Shown here: positions 39,301-51,330 of the stretch, in pieces
Layout: each line of letters opens with the position of its first letter
Numbering within the stretch: position 1 is the stretch's first letter
NCBI RefSeq assembly: GCF_039654945.1
Contig: NW_027361709.1
Coordinates: forward strand, 1,302,001-1,366,000
From: Dendrobates tinctorius
Taxonomy: Eukaryota
Direction of reading: 5' to 3'
Length of the DNA: 64,000 bases
The notes under the pieces: model-generated
What the model was told of the DNA's origin: nothing
Databases searched by the model: none
What the model saw: the letters and a program-made list of their open reading frames with translations, nothing else
Translations under genes and position numbers: made by a program

Positions 39301-41337
39301 GGGCAGCTTCTTGTAAAAGCTGTAATTAGTGGGGGAGACACATTTCCATTTCTGAGATAATAGACCGTAACGATTACATATTTTTGCAGGTAGCAGAAAA
39401 GGACCCTTCTATCGGGAGTGACTTCTCCGACGTAGAAGACGTGATGCCGCTGGCCAGATTTTCTCAGGATGACGATTTCCCGCCTTGCTGTTCTATAAAT
39501 GATGATGACACTCGCCAGTTTGAAAGTCTCTGGGAACGTTACACAGAGCCGATCATCCCCATCTACAGACCACCCGCAGAACGTGACACCTGGCGCCAGA
39601 AAGAGCAAGACCGCAGCTACGCCTCCGAACCTTCCCTGCTGGACAGCAGTCGCCTCAGCACATCCAGCGACAACGTCAGTCCCATGGGGAGGAGCCACAA
39701 GCGATACGAGTCTTTTGACGATGCCTGGACCTCTGGTCACAGCACCAAATCCAGCAGACGGACTCTGGAAATTCCTTCTACGAGTTCGGACTCCAAGTTC
39801 CGGTCTGATGGCTTCATAGACACCCACTGCCACCTAGACATGCTCTACTCCAGACTGTCGCACAGGTCGTCCTTCGCCGACCTCCGGGAACAGTTCACCT
39901 CCACCTTCCCCCGGGAATTTCAGGGCTGCATCACCGATTACTGCGATCCTCGCACGCTGCAGAGGCTTCCATGGGATCAGGTGCTGAACGAGGACTCAGT
40001 GTGGGGGGCATTTGGCTGTCACCCCCACTTCGCTCAGTATTATGATAAGTACCTGCATGAAGACATGATGATGGCACTGCGGCACCCGAAAGCCATCGCC
40101 TTTGGAGAAATGGGTCTTGACTTTTCCCATAAATGCTCCACGGAGATCGCAGACCAGATCACGGTGAGGAATTACTTCTTGTAATCTTTTTTATTATTAT
40201 TGTGCTGTAACTCATGTAGCTTCCCCCCCCAACACCACTTCCAGTTTCTTCCTGCTTTTAAATATCTCTGCTTGCTGTCATTTATAGGAACACAGAGGTA
40301 CATGGCTCCGATAACCGGACGGTCAGGGGCCGTGCGCCGGTGTCCATCACATGATCGGGACAGATCTGTATAAAGTGGGATCAGACTACGGTATTTGTAG
40401 TCTGTTACCATGGAAACAGGTCTTTGTGATCTGCCCTGATCAGTGATGTGAGCCCCCCTCCCATGTATTATACAATATTTAATGTTTCTATTAAATACCA
40501 GTAAGCAGAATTCTTACAACCAAACTTGTCATAGCTTTTATGTTTGCTGCGGGTTACAGCGCATCTGCAGGGGGGTTTAGTTTTCATTGCATTTTATCAG
40601 GTGTACTAATAGCATTGCTCTGTTTTCCACCCGGGCAGGTTTTCGAGAAGCAGCTGAAGCTGGTGGTGCCGTTGGGGAAGCCTCTCGTCATTCACTGTCG
40701 GGGTGCAGACAAGGAATTGTTCAAAATATTGAAAAAATGGCTTCCTCGAGACTACAAGATACACCGGTGAGTTACGTTGCCTGTGCGAGCTCCATGTACA
40801 TCTGCTAGGTCTGGACCCTCAGTAACATCTCCTCCTCCGCAGACACTGCTTCACCGGCAGCTACGACGTCATCGAGCCTTTTCTGAAGGAGTTCCCGAAC
40901 ATGATGGTGGGCTTCACCGCCGTCCTGACGTATCCTTCCGCTGTGGAACCGCGAGATGCCGTTACAAAAATCCCCTTGGACCGGCTGATTGTGGAGACGG
41001 ACGCCCCGTATTTCGTTCCTAAACAGGTAATGGGTGACATCTGTTTGGAATGAACACTACTACCCCCACTATGCACGCCAGCAGAGCATCCTCCGTGCTG
41101 ACACTGAACCTGCAGGCGGCATCTAGCAGTGTTGCATCATATCCCAGGGATCGGTGTATCTGTCACTAATGATACTTTTGTTTTTTTTTTCTTTAGGTGC
41201 CTAAACATGTCTGTAAATTTTCGCACCCCGGTCTCGCCATACACACCGTTCACGAAATCGCCAGGCTACAAAACGTACCCGTCAAAAACGTCATGGCAAA
41301 ATTACGGGAGAACACGTACCGGATCTATAATGTATGA
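36353..41337 (+). CDS. TATDN2: TatD DNase domain-containing protein 2 (~663 aa)
   Basis: Coding exons 36353-36694, 38404-38826, 39390-40163, 40639-40766, 40843-41026, 41197-41337; GT-AG and phase-consistent. Long Ser/Arg-rich N-terminus, then TatD motifs IDTHCH, GEMGLD, LVIH, HCF, ETDAP. AATAAA at 41363. Confidence 0.96.
36775..38168. repeat. 31-bp minisatellite (~45 copies), TATDN2 intron
   Basis: Unit gtagtgtaatgcacagcccatagtcctccat, arranged in variant blocks. Confidence 0.96.
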
Positions 41338-41659
41338 GACGCTGTCTGTGATGCCTTGTTTTAATAAAACTTGAAATTAGAGATATCTGTCCGGTCTCTT
41401 TTTTTTTTTTTTTTTTTTCCCTCTTTAAAGTCTGATTAAAATTTTTCATTTTCAGTTTTTTTATGAGATTTCTTTGCTATTTAATGGTGAACGATTTATG
41501 GAATTAAAGATGCTTTCAATTTTCTGGGGTAAAGTGGGGGGCCCTTCTAATAAAATCACCACAACTAGCGAAGTGCTGGGTATTCAGGAGCGGAGACTGA
41601 CTGTCTGCGCCTAGAGCCACATTTGGTGGATGTGGTGTAAAACAGTGCATAGAAGACTG

Positions 41660-42245
41660 ATAACTTCAGCAGCATCCCCCTCCTCCCAGAGTAGAGGCGA
41701 GGAGTGGGATGTAGCTGCATCTTCTTTCTATGATCAGGTATGCTGGGAGGGGAGAAGAGGGGGACCCAGCTGCAGCTTCTCCCCTCCCAGCATACTCAAT
41801 CATAGAAGATGCAGCTACAATCCCCTCCTTCCAGCATACCTGATCATAGGAAGTAGGGGGATGGAGCTGCAGCTTCATTCTATGATCAGGTATGCTGGGA
41901 GGAGGGGGACGCAGCTGCAGCTTCTTTGATCGGATATGCTGGGAAGAGGATGCAGCTTCTATAATCGAGTATGCAGGGAGGGGAGCGGAACTGCAGCTTC
42001 TTTCTATGATCCGATATGCTGGGAGGGGAGAGGAGGGGGACACAGCTGCAGCTTCTCTCCCAACATACCTGATCATAGAATGAAGCTGCAACTCTGTCCC
42101 TCTCTCATCATACTCAATCACAGAATATGTAGCTACGTTCCTCTCCTTCCAGCATACCTGGTTATAGACGAGGGGGATGGAGCTGCAACTTCTATGATGG
42201 CGTATGCTGGGAGAGGAGGGGGACGCAGCTGCAGCTTCCTCTGAT
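41660..42245. repeat. Degenerate repeat with units in alternating orientation between the TATDN2 and GHRL 3' ends
   Basis: Recurrent tatgctggga..gctgcagcttct and its reverse complement ccagcatacctgatcatag. Confidence 0.7.
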
Positions 42246-42572
42246 TCTGCACTCTCTGATCTGGAGGAGGGAACCATGGGACTTGCGTATAACACTCCGC
42301 TCTGACATCAGGAAAGATTTGTCCATTCAACCAACACAGAGAAAACACCCGACAACCTGAAATCTGTAGATGCCACCGACGCTTTTTGGCCGCTCCAGCT
42401 CCTGTTTTTACCGGAGCGATGGATTGTGTCCTGACAAATGGTGGGGACGTGACAGTCACAAAAAACACAAGACGGATACATTGCTTGTAAACTTTTATCT
42501 TATTTAATGGAAAGGTTTGTGCAGTGATTGATGGGGCACGGCCCTGCGGTGGTGGGCACGGGGTGCGGAGGG

Positions 42573-45048
42573 TCAGTCCTCCTGGGGATCTGCTGAGACA
42601 AAGAGAAGAAACTCGTATAAATCATCGTCCACGCGGGTGAAGTTATATATACAATGATGCACGACCCATTACAGCTGATAACGCTTCCTCCGTCATGGCG
42701 TGCTGCTGGGGTCTATTAAATCCCTAATCATTGGGGGTCCGACCTGCGCCAGCAATATATAGGAAGAGACGACTGGTATAACTGCCAGCAGCATCTTACA
42801 GGGGCCCCCAACTATACCTAAGACTCTTAAAGGGGCATTCCAGTGTTTGGATGGGAAACCCATTATAGTATATGTGTAATTGCCTTTTTGGTCGCACTTT
42901 TGCCCCCTTTATGTTTTGCTTTTTGAAATCGGTCGCAGACTACAATTCCCATGATGCACTCTTGATTTTCATCCTAAGCTGAGCTACTGCAGTCTCCGCC
43001 CCCTTGTGCATTTCATATTGTTCTCCTGCACTGCGGAGCCGCTCACATTAGTTCCCCTCCGATAAATATCTAATGTCCGAGCAGCAAAGTGAAGCTGAAC
43101 TGCAGGTGGTCACTTGGCTGCGGACTAAGCGGTGAGCTTTATAACATTACATTGCATGCTTTCTATAAGGGTAACATTTTATAAAATGGAACATCCATTT
43201 AACCGTGGGATCAGAATGGACGATCACTTACAGGTTACTGATCAGAGCTATAAGTCCAGGAGCCACGTGCCGCTCTGCTCCCGGAGGGAGAGACGATGTT
43301 TACAGCAGTTCTTCACTTTGTTTAGTGGTTTTGGCAGCTCCAGGTGAGGGGCCCCTCACTCCGCCATTATCTCCTCGCTCCGCCATTATCTCCTCGCTCC
43401 TCCATTGTCTCCTCACTCCATTGTCCCCTCGCTCCTCCATTGTCTCCTCTCTCCGCCATGGTCTCACTCCTCCATCGTCTCCTCACTCTTCTATGGTCCC
43501 CTCACTCCTCCATTGTCCCCTCGCTCCGCCATTATCTCCTCGCTCCTCCATTGTCTCCTCACTCCATTGTCCCCTCACTCCTCCATTGTCTCCTCACTCC
43601 TCCATTGTCTCCTCACTCCTCCATTGTCTCCTCACTCCTCCATTGTCCCCTCACTCCTCCCTTATCTCCTCACTCCGCCATTGTCTCTTCACTCCACCAT
43701 TGTCCCCTCTCTCCGCCATGGTCTTAGATCTGTCCCTGCAAGCATTAGCACAGTGGGGGGATACATTGGCGGCCGCTGATCTGTTTGTGTTCTCCTATAA
43801 CCCGGGTGACTCGCTGGACAATGAACCCTCCTCCCCAGGTTATAGCGTTACACGTGCAGCAGGCACACAATGCTCTGTACCTTCAGGGGAGCCGAGGGCG
43901 AACATTCCAAGCAGGAGGTTTTCTATGGCCGCTTTCTGCCTCCAAATCTGCTCCCGAGTCACCTTCACATCAACATCCAGAGGGATCGTCACCTGGAATA
44001 GAGAAGATTAAGGGAAGGCGGAGGCACGGACCCAGCAGGGGTCCAGACCCAACGGGAGCATGGATCCAGTGGGGAACCGGCGGAGACACGGACCAGATCC
44101 CTCAGGGGCACAGACCCAGCAGGGGCCCAGATCCAGTAGGGGCCCAGTCTCGCCAGAGACATGGACCGAACGGCGGTATAGATCCCGTGGGGACATGGAC
44201 CCAGCAGGAGCGTGGATCAAGCGGGGGGCACAGATCCAGCGGGAGCACTGACCCTAGGGGTGCACGGAACCAGCGGGGGCTCAGACCCTGCAGGGGGCCA
44301 GATTCCTCGGGGGCAGAGACCCAATGAGAGTACGCATCCAGCAGGGGCCCAAACCCGGGGGGGGGGGGACACAGACCCAGTGGGTGCACAATTCAGGCAG
44401 ATGACCCCCCCCACTTTCAGCACCCCACAATATACAGACCCCGATCTCTTCCTGATCTTCAGAGCGCTCGTCTGTAAAATCCCCCTCAGAGTCTCCGGCC
44501 TCCCTGCGGCCCATATTATTGTACTGCAGCTTTTTTGGTATCTTCTTGCCCTGGAACAAAATTTGAGGTAAAAAAAATGTATATACATAATTCACTAGAA
44601 TACTCCCAGAGCTGCGCTCACAATTCTACTCACTGTAGACCTATCTTGGGTCTATTCTGTGAGCTCCTATAATGTACGGAATGCAGCCTGCAGATGCTGA
44701 ACCAGCAGGATGCATCAGTATGATGTGCTCACCTCAAATCTAAGGAGAAAGTAGCGGTACTGTGAATGCAGCTCTGGATGTGACTAGAGTATGACATGGT
44801 CAGATTGTACAATTATTTTGCAGTTTGTTAAGACAAAACTTCATCACTCTTCATGACAGACGGCTAAAGTAACAGGATGCTGGGAGTTGGGGTTTTGCTG
44901 GAATGCTGCAGTTTGGTGATCGCTGCTCTCCACTTACCGCGTTTTTCTGCATATCTGCCGGACTTAGGAAGCTCGATCCGCTCTCCACATCCTCCGTCCA
45001 CAGAAGGCAAAACAGGACGACGGTGCAGAGTGACGCTTTACCCAACAT
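42573..45048 (-). CDS. GHRL: Preproghrelin (~117 aa)
   Basis: Coding exons 45048-44938, 44550-44440, 43992-43881, 42592(or 42589)-42573. A 23-aa signal peptide precedes GSSFLSPADMQKNA|GKKIPKKLQYNNMGRR; C-ghrelin with VTIPLDVDVKVT. ATTAAA at 42508-42503; synteny between TATDN2 and SEC13. Confidence 0.97.
43350..43725. repeat. Pyrimidine-rich ~20-bp degenerate tandem repeat in a GHRL intron
   Basis: cctcactcctccattgtc(t/c) units. Confidence 0.85.
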
Positions 45049-45144
45049 CGTCGCTGGAGATCTGCAAAATAGAAAAAATCTGTTACATTGAGTTCAAAGC
45101 AAAAAGGGTCAATACCTGGAGATGTGACGTACAAGAAGCCTCAC

Positions 45145-45184
45145 GGGAAAGTCTTCACACCCTCGGGTCCGCAGCACATTTATA
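45145..45184 (-). promoter_or_regulatory. GHRL TATA box and very short non-coding first exon
   Basis: TATAAA at 45184-45179 (minus strand); donor CCC|GTGAGG at 45144; acceptor before 45061; 83-nt intron. Confidence 0.6.
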
Positions 45185-46810
45185 GGAAAGGCCGAAGAAA
45201 TGTGGAGGCGACTGAACCTACACAACGAGGGAATGATGAGAGCCGCCATTGTGACCGCGGCCGCTGTTCTGACCCCGGGGACCTGATACTGATAACGCAG
45301 GAGGGAGCAGGAAGAATTTCTTTAATTGCTCTGATGTCGTGTTTGTTTGCGTTTTTTTCCATCTATATTAGAATGGATAAGTCACAGGGAGAGAGAGCAA
45401 ATATGTGACCGCTGTCACCGAGGAACGGAGTCATGTACCCGACGATCAGCAACAATGGAACCCGAGGAAGCAAGTGCGAAACGCACGTTGGGGCCTCTGC
45501 TCAGCACACCGACAAGAGCATTTTATACATGCTTTGGCTTCACTTTGGTGAGGTTTCTTGACCATTATCCTCTTTATTTGTGGGGAAATTGATGCCCTGC
45601 GCAGGACCTTCAACAGCTTATTGAGGGCAATTAGCTGGGCAGTGATTTGCTGACACACGGTTATATCACGGCCCGCCGGTCACATTATGATTTATGCAGT
45701 GAATAAGTTTATACCTGTATGTCGTCTTTGTGTATTTAAAAATAAAATATAATTTTTTACTTTGTTAAAAACAAGTCTCCAAACTTACTTGTTCACATTT
45801 CTTTATTTGAAGACACAAGATCCCAAATGTTCTCCTATGTTGTCAGTGTTGTATGGAAAGTCTCTCTTGGCTATTAATATGCCATTTTTCTGAATCCATA
45901 CCCCTAGCTATGTGTTTATAATGTAATGTATGTAGTGAGTGCAGCTCTGGAGGATAATACAGGATGTAACTCCGGATCAGTAATGTAATGTATGTACACA
46001 GTGACTGCACCAGCAGAATAGTGAGCGCAGCTCTGGAGTATAATACAGGATGTAACTCAGGATCAGTAATGTATGTACACAGTGACTGCACCAGCAGAAT
46101 AGTGAGTGCAGCTCTGGGGTATAATACAGGAGGTAACTCAGGATCAGTAATGTATGTACACAGTGACTGCACCAGCAGAATAGTGAGTGCAGCTCTGGAG
46201 TATAACACAGGATGTAACTCAGGATCAGTAATGTATGTACACAGTGACTCCACCAACAGAATAGTGAGTGCAGCTCTGGAGTATAATAAAGGGTGTAACT
46301 CAGGATCAGTAATGTAATGTATGTACACAGTGACCGCACCAACAGAATGAGTGCAGCTCTGGGGTATAATACAGGATGTAACTCAGGATCAGTAATGTAA
46401 TGTATGTACACAGTGACTACACCAACAGAATAGTGAGTGCAGCTCTGGAGTATAATAAAGGGTGTAACTCAGGATCAGTAATGTAATGTACGTACACAGT
46501 GACTGCACCATCAGAATAATGACTGCAGCTCTGGGGTATAATACAGGATGTAACTCAGGATCAGTAATGTAATGTATGTACACAGTGACTACACCAACAG
46601 AATAGTGAGTGCAGCTCTGGAGTATAATAAAGGGTGTAACTCAGGATCAGTAATGTAATGTACGTACACAGTGACTGCACCATCAGAATAATGACTGCAG
46701 CTCTGGGGTATAATACAGGATGTAACTCAGGATCAGTAATGTATGTACACAGTGACTGCACCAGCAGAATAGTGAGTGCAGCTCTGGAGGATAATACAGG
46801 ATGTAACTCC

Positions 46811-46856
46811 ATGGAATAAATGGCGCTATAACAATAAATAATAATAATAATAATAA
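46811..46856 (+). mobile_element. Ultra-short L2 3'-tail insertion with target-site duplication
   Basis: atggaataaatggcgctataacaataaa(taa)n is identical to the 3' end of the LINE at 28736-28779 and is flanked by taactcc on both sides. Confidence 0.85.
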
Positions 46857-46976
46857 TAACTCCGGATCAGTAATGTAATGTAAGTACACAGTGACTGCAC
46901 CAGCAGAATAGTGAGTGCAGCTCTGGAGTATAACACAGGATGTAACTCAGGATCAGTAATGTACTGTATGTACACA

Positions 46977-47497
46977 AAAATATTCAGGATTGAGAGTCCT
47001 CAGTAGTTGATACCTTTTAATGGCTAACTGAAAAGATGGTAACACATTACAAGCTTTCGAGACTACTCAGGTCTCTTCATCAGGCTACACTAATACAAAA
47101 TCTGAAGTCACATATTTATGCACAATACAGCCTAGAAAAAATGCAATAGATAAGACAAGTGACGTGAAGCAGAACTATCAATATGGGAGAGGGAGAAACA
47201 TAAATATAAACATTGGACCAGTTCATAGATAAGGAGTCTGGATGTTTTATGGTCCTCTGATTGGGGTCTAGTTCTGTGTTGCCCCGCAAGGTTTTAAAAG
47301 GAAATTCCTTAATTGATGTAAAAAGACATAAATCCATGCGACACATTCATTCCAGCACTGAGAGTGTCAAAGGTCGTCATAAATTTGTACTCCCAAACTC
47401 GTCTCTCTCTCTGAGATGTGAAGTTACCTTTCAATACCAGTAATTATTTTTCTATCCACTGGCTAACACGGTACAAAGATATACATCTTTCCTGTAT
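46977..47497 (-). mobile_element. Penelope-like element 3' fragment (GIY-YIG C-terminus and hammerhead-like motif)
   Basis: Minus strand encodes LLVLKGNFTSQRERRVWEYKFMTTFDTLSAGMNVSHGFMSFYIN* (stop 47311-47309). CTGATGA-a-gagac-ctgagta-gtctc-GAAA-GCTT at ~47083-47051. ctgtatgtacaca is repeated at both junctions. Confidence 0.8.
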
Positions 47498-50400
47498 CTG
47501 TATGTACACAGTGACTGCACCAGCAGAATAGTGAGTGCAGCTCTGGAGTATAATACAGGATGTAACTCTGGATCAGTAATGTAATGTAAGTACACAGTGA
47601 CTGCACCAGCAGAATAGTGAGTGCAGCTCTGGAGTATAACACAGGATGTAACTCAGGATCAGTAATGTAATGTATGTACACAGTGACTGCACCAGCAGAA
47701 TAGTGAGTGCAGCTCTGGAGTATAATACAGGAGGTAACTCAGGATCAGTAATGTATGTACACAGTGACTGCACCAGCAGAATAGTGAGTGCAGCTCTGGA
47801 GTATAACACAGGATGTAACTCAGGATCAGTAATGTAATGTAAGTACACAGTGACTGCACCAGCAGAATAGTGAGTGCAGCTCTGGAGTATAACACAGGAT
47901 GTAACTGAGGATCAGTAATGTACTGTATGTACACAGTGACTGCACCAGCAGAATAGTGAGTGCAGCTCTGGAGTATAATACAGGATGTAACTCCGGATCA
48001 GTAATGTAATGTAAGTACACAGTGACTGCACCAGCAGAATAGTGAGTGCAGCTCTGGAGGATAATACAGGATGTAACTCCGGATCAGTAATGTAATGTAA
48101 GTACACAGTGACTGCACCAGCAGAATAGTGAGTGCAGCTCTGGAGTATAACACAGGATGTAACTCAGGATCAGTAATGTAATGTACGTACACAGTGACTG
48201 CACCAGCAGAATAGTGAGTGCAGCTCTGGAGTATAATACAGGAGGTAACTCGGGATCAGTAATGTAATGTACGTACAGTGACTGCACCAGCAGAATAGTG
48301 AGTGCAGCTCTGGAGTATAACACAGGATGTAACTCAGGATCAGTAATGTAATGTACGTACACAGTGACTGCACCAGCAGAATAGTGAGTGCAGCTCTGGA
48401 GTATAATACAGGAGGTAACTCAGGATCAGTAATGTAATGTATGTACACAGTGACTGCACCATCAGAATAGTGAGTGCAGCTCTGGAGTATAATACAGGAT
48501 GTAACTCAGGATCAGTAATGTAATGTATGTACCCAGTGACTGCACGAGCAGAATAGTGAGTGCAGCTCTGGGGTATAATGCAGGATGCAACTCAGGATCA
48601 GTAATGTAATGCATTTACACAGTGACTGCACCAGCAGAATAGTGAGTGCAGCTCTGGAGTGTAACTCAGGATCAGTAATGTAATGTACTGTATGTACACA
48701 GTGACTTCACCAGCAGAATAGTGAGTGCAGCTCTGGAGTATAAAACAGGATGTAACTCAGGATCAGTAATGTAATGTACTGTAGGTACACAGTGACTTCA
48801 ACAGCAGAATAGTGAGTGCAGCTCTGGAGTATAATACAGGGTGTAACTCAGGATCAGTAACGTAATCTATGTACACAGTGACCGCACCAGCAGAATAGTG
48901 AGTGCAGCTCTGGAGTATAATACAGGATGTAACTCAGGATCAGTAATGTATGTACACAGTGACTGCACCAGCAGAATAGTGAGTACAGCTCTGGAGTATA
49001 ATACAGGCTGTAACTCAGAATCAGTAATGTATGTACACAGTGAATGCACCAGCAGAATAGTGAGTACAGCTCTGGAGTATAATACAGGATGTAACTCAGG
49101 ATCAGTAATGTGTGTACACAGTGACTGCACCAGCAGAATAGTGAGTACAGCTCTGGAGTATAATACAGGCTGTAACTCAGGATCAGTAATGTATGTACAC
49201 AGTGACTGCACCAGCAGAATAGTGAGTACAGCTCTGGAGTATAATACAGGCTGTAACTCAGGATCAGTAATGTAATGTATGTACACAGTGACTGCACCAG
49301 CAGAATAGTGAGTGCAGCTCTGGGGTATAATACAGGTTGTAACTCAGGATCAGTAATGTAATGTATGTACACAGTGACTGCACCAGCAGAATAGTGACTG
49401 CAGCTCTGGGGTATAATACAGGTTGTAACTCAGGATCAGTAATGTAATGTATGTACACAGTGACTGCACCAGCAGAATAGTGACTGCAGCTCTGGGGTAT
49501 AATACAGGAGATAAGGCATGTAATAGTAGCTTCTCAGGATGTCCACATGATGTTTATTTTCCACAGATCCTGCCCTTTTGCTGATTTTCCGTTCTCCACC
49601 ATTACGACAGCGCTGTGACTATGGATTTGTTTCTGTGCCCCTTCTCCTTCCTGACAGCATTGTCTTCTGCCTTCCTCTATCGCAGTCCCTGGAAGTCTTC
49701 AGGACATGCAGATCTATCTCTGCCTTCAGTGATCAGTGGTCAGATATTAGTCTCCTGTTCCAGCACCATCCATAGATATTTTGTATTTGCTCTTGTCCTT
49801 CCACACGATCTGTAAATCTAATGTTCCTGTTCTCTTCTCCCCCATTTCTTTTGGTGAAGATACCAGTCTAATATGGCAGGAACTGTCCTATCTCCCCGAT
49901 TCTGCATTTCTCCAGCCACTCTTTCAATGCGTGATTCCTTTTCATTAGCATTATGCCAGAACTATATGTGCTGGAACTTCCTGTCACACACACTGCTTCT
50001 GGCAGTGTCTGCCCTTAATGGAAAGCCACCTCCGCCGCCCGTGTAGCAGATAGGGTCTTTCTACAGGAAGTGTGCGCTCCTATTTCCTATAAAGACCCCA
50101 CCACCACCACACACCCAACATAGAAAATCTCTTCCTCTGCCCCCCACTATCTGTATCTCATCTCAGCATATCTGCTCCTATTGACGGATGACACTTGACA
50201 ACTGGCAGTGGATAGATGGGAGTCAGCGGCCGACACTTAGCAGTACTGAGACCAAGTTGTCTGAAAGTATGAGGGCAATTAGCAATCTGCTGGCGTCTCG
50301 AGCTTCCTCTGCTCCGTGGCACTGACATCTACAAGTCTGTGTGGGGTGGATAGTAAGTCTGTTGTATAGCAGGTTGTACCTCCTGTGCAATAAATGCCGG

Positions 50401-51330
50401 TCACCACCCTGACAGGCAGTCACAGGGTTTCTGAGCTCACAGCACAGCCATATAATGTATATAGTAAAGCGATTGTAGAGATTCTGCAAATCGGAAGCAA
50501 AAGAAACATGAAATAATTCAATATTTTATTCCAAGAATTAAACAAAATGTTTACGAAAAAAAAACAAAATTTCAGGTTTATAAAAGGAAACGATTGTGGG
50601 AAAAACATTGGGCGCTTTCCAGTCTGAGGCCACTATGAAGGACGTGACTACTGGGATCACTTAAAGGAGTTTTCAACTGCGTTTTTATGTTTGTTTTTTT
50701 TAGCCCAAGTTTGTTCTTAAAAATAAGCACAAACTTGCCAACCAGCCCCCCATCATCATAAGCCCGCGCAGTCAGCGGCTGCAGCAGGGAGGAAGCAATC
50801 CTCAGGCCCCAAACACTCCAGAAAATGAGGACATGTGTGCGGTGTGGAATCTGAGGAGCGGTAGGTGCTTTTTATTGTTTTTAGAGCACTTAGGCTCATG
50901 GTATAATAAAGAAGACAAGTGGAAAAATCCCTTTAATTACCCCTTCTCATACACAAGCTGCACTACTAACCAAAAACTCCCGCAACAGCATGCTGCTCCT
51001 CCTCTACAAGACCTAGGGGCCATAAATTAATAGAATGATCCAATAGCAGGTCCTGATCTCCAATACAATATGGCAGCCACCAGACGCTGAAAATCAATAT
51101 GTCAAATATTCCTCTTTAAAGGACTTTTTGGTTCAGGTGTAACCAAAAATAATCTAGGGGAAAATAGACAAAAAAGGCCTAAAAGTCAGATCTTAGGGGA
51201 AGGGGGGGGGGGGGGTAATCTGCAGTTCCATTTTGGCTGTGAAAGAGTTAATAAGAGCTTTGGGCAATTGTCCGTCTGAGATTTCTATAGAGCAGAGAGT
51301 CTAAATTCATGGTCCGGAAGCACAGAGGGG

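Larger units (their letters stand above)
45920..49509 (-). repeat. 86/81-bp tandem array (~36 copies) interrupted by two retroelement insertions
   Basis: Reverse complement of the 86-bp unit at ~45920-46976 and 47498-49509. Confidence 0.96.

Noticed and set aside
43205-44011. 268-aa Ser/Pro/Leu-rich ORF antisense to GHRL (possible GHRLOS-like gene)
   Set aside because: Mostly a low-complexity intronic repeat; no promoter, splice or homology evidence is visible.
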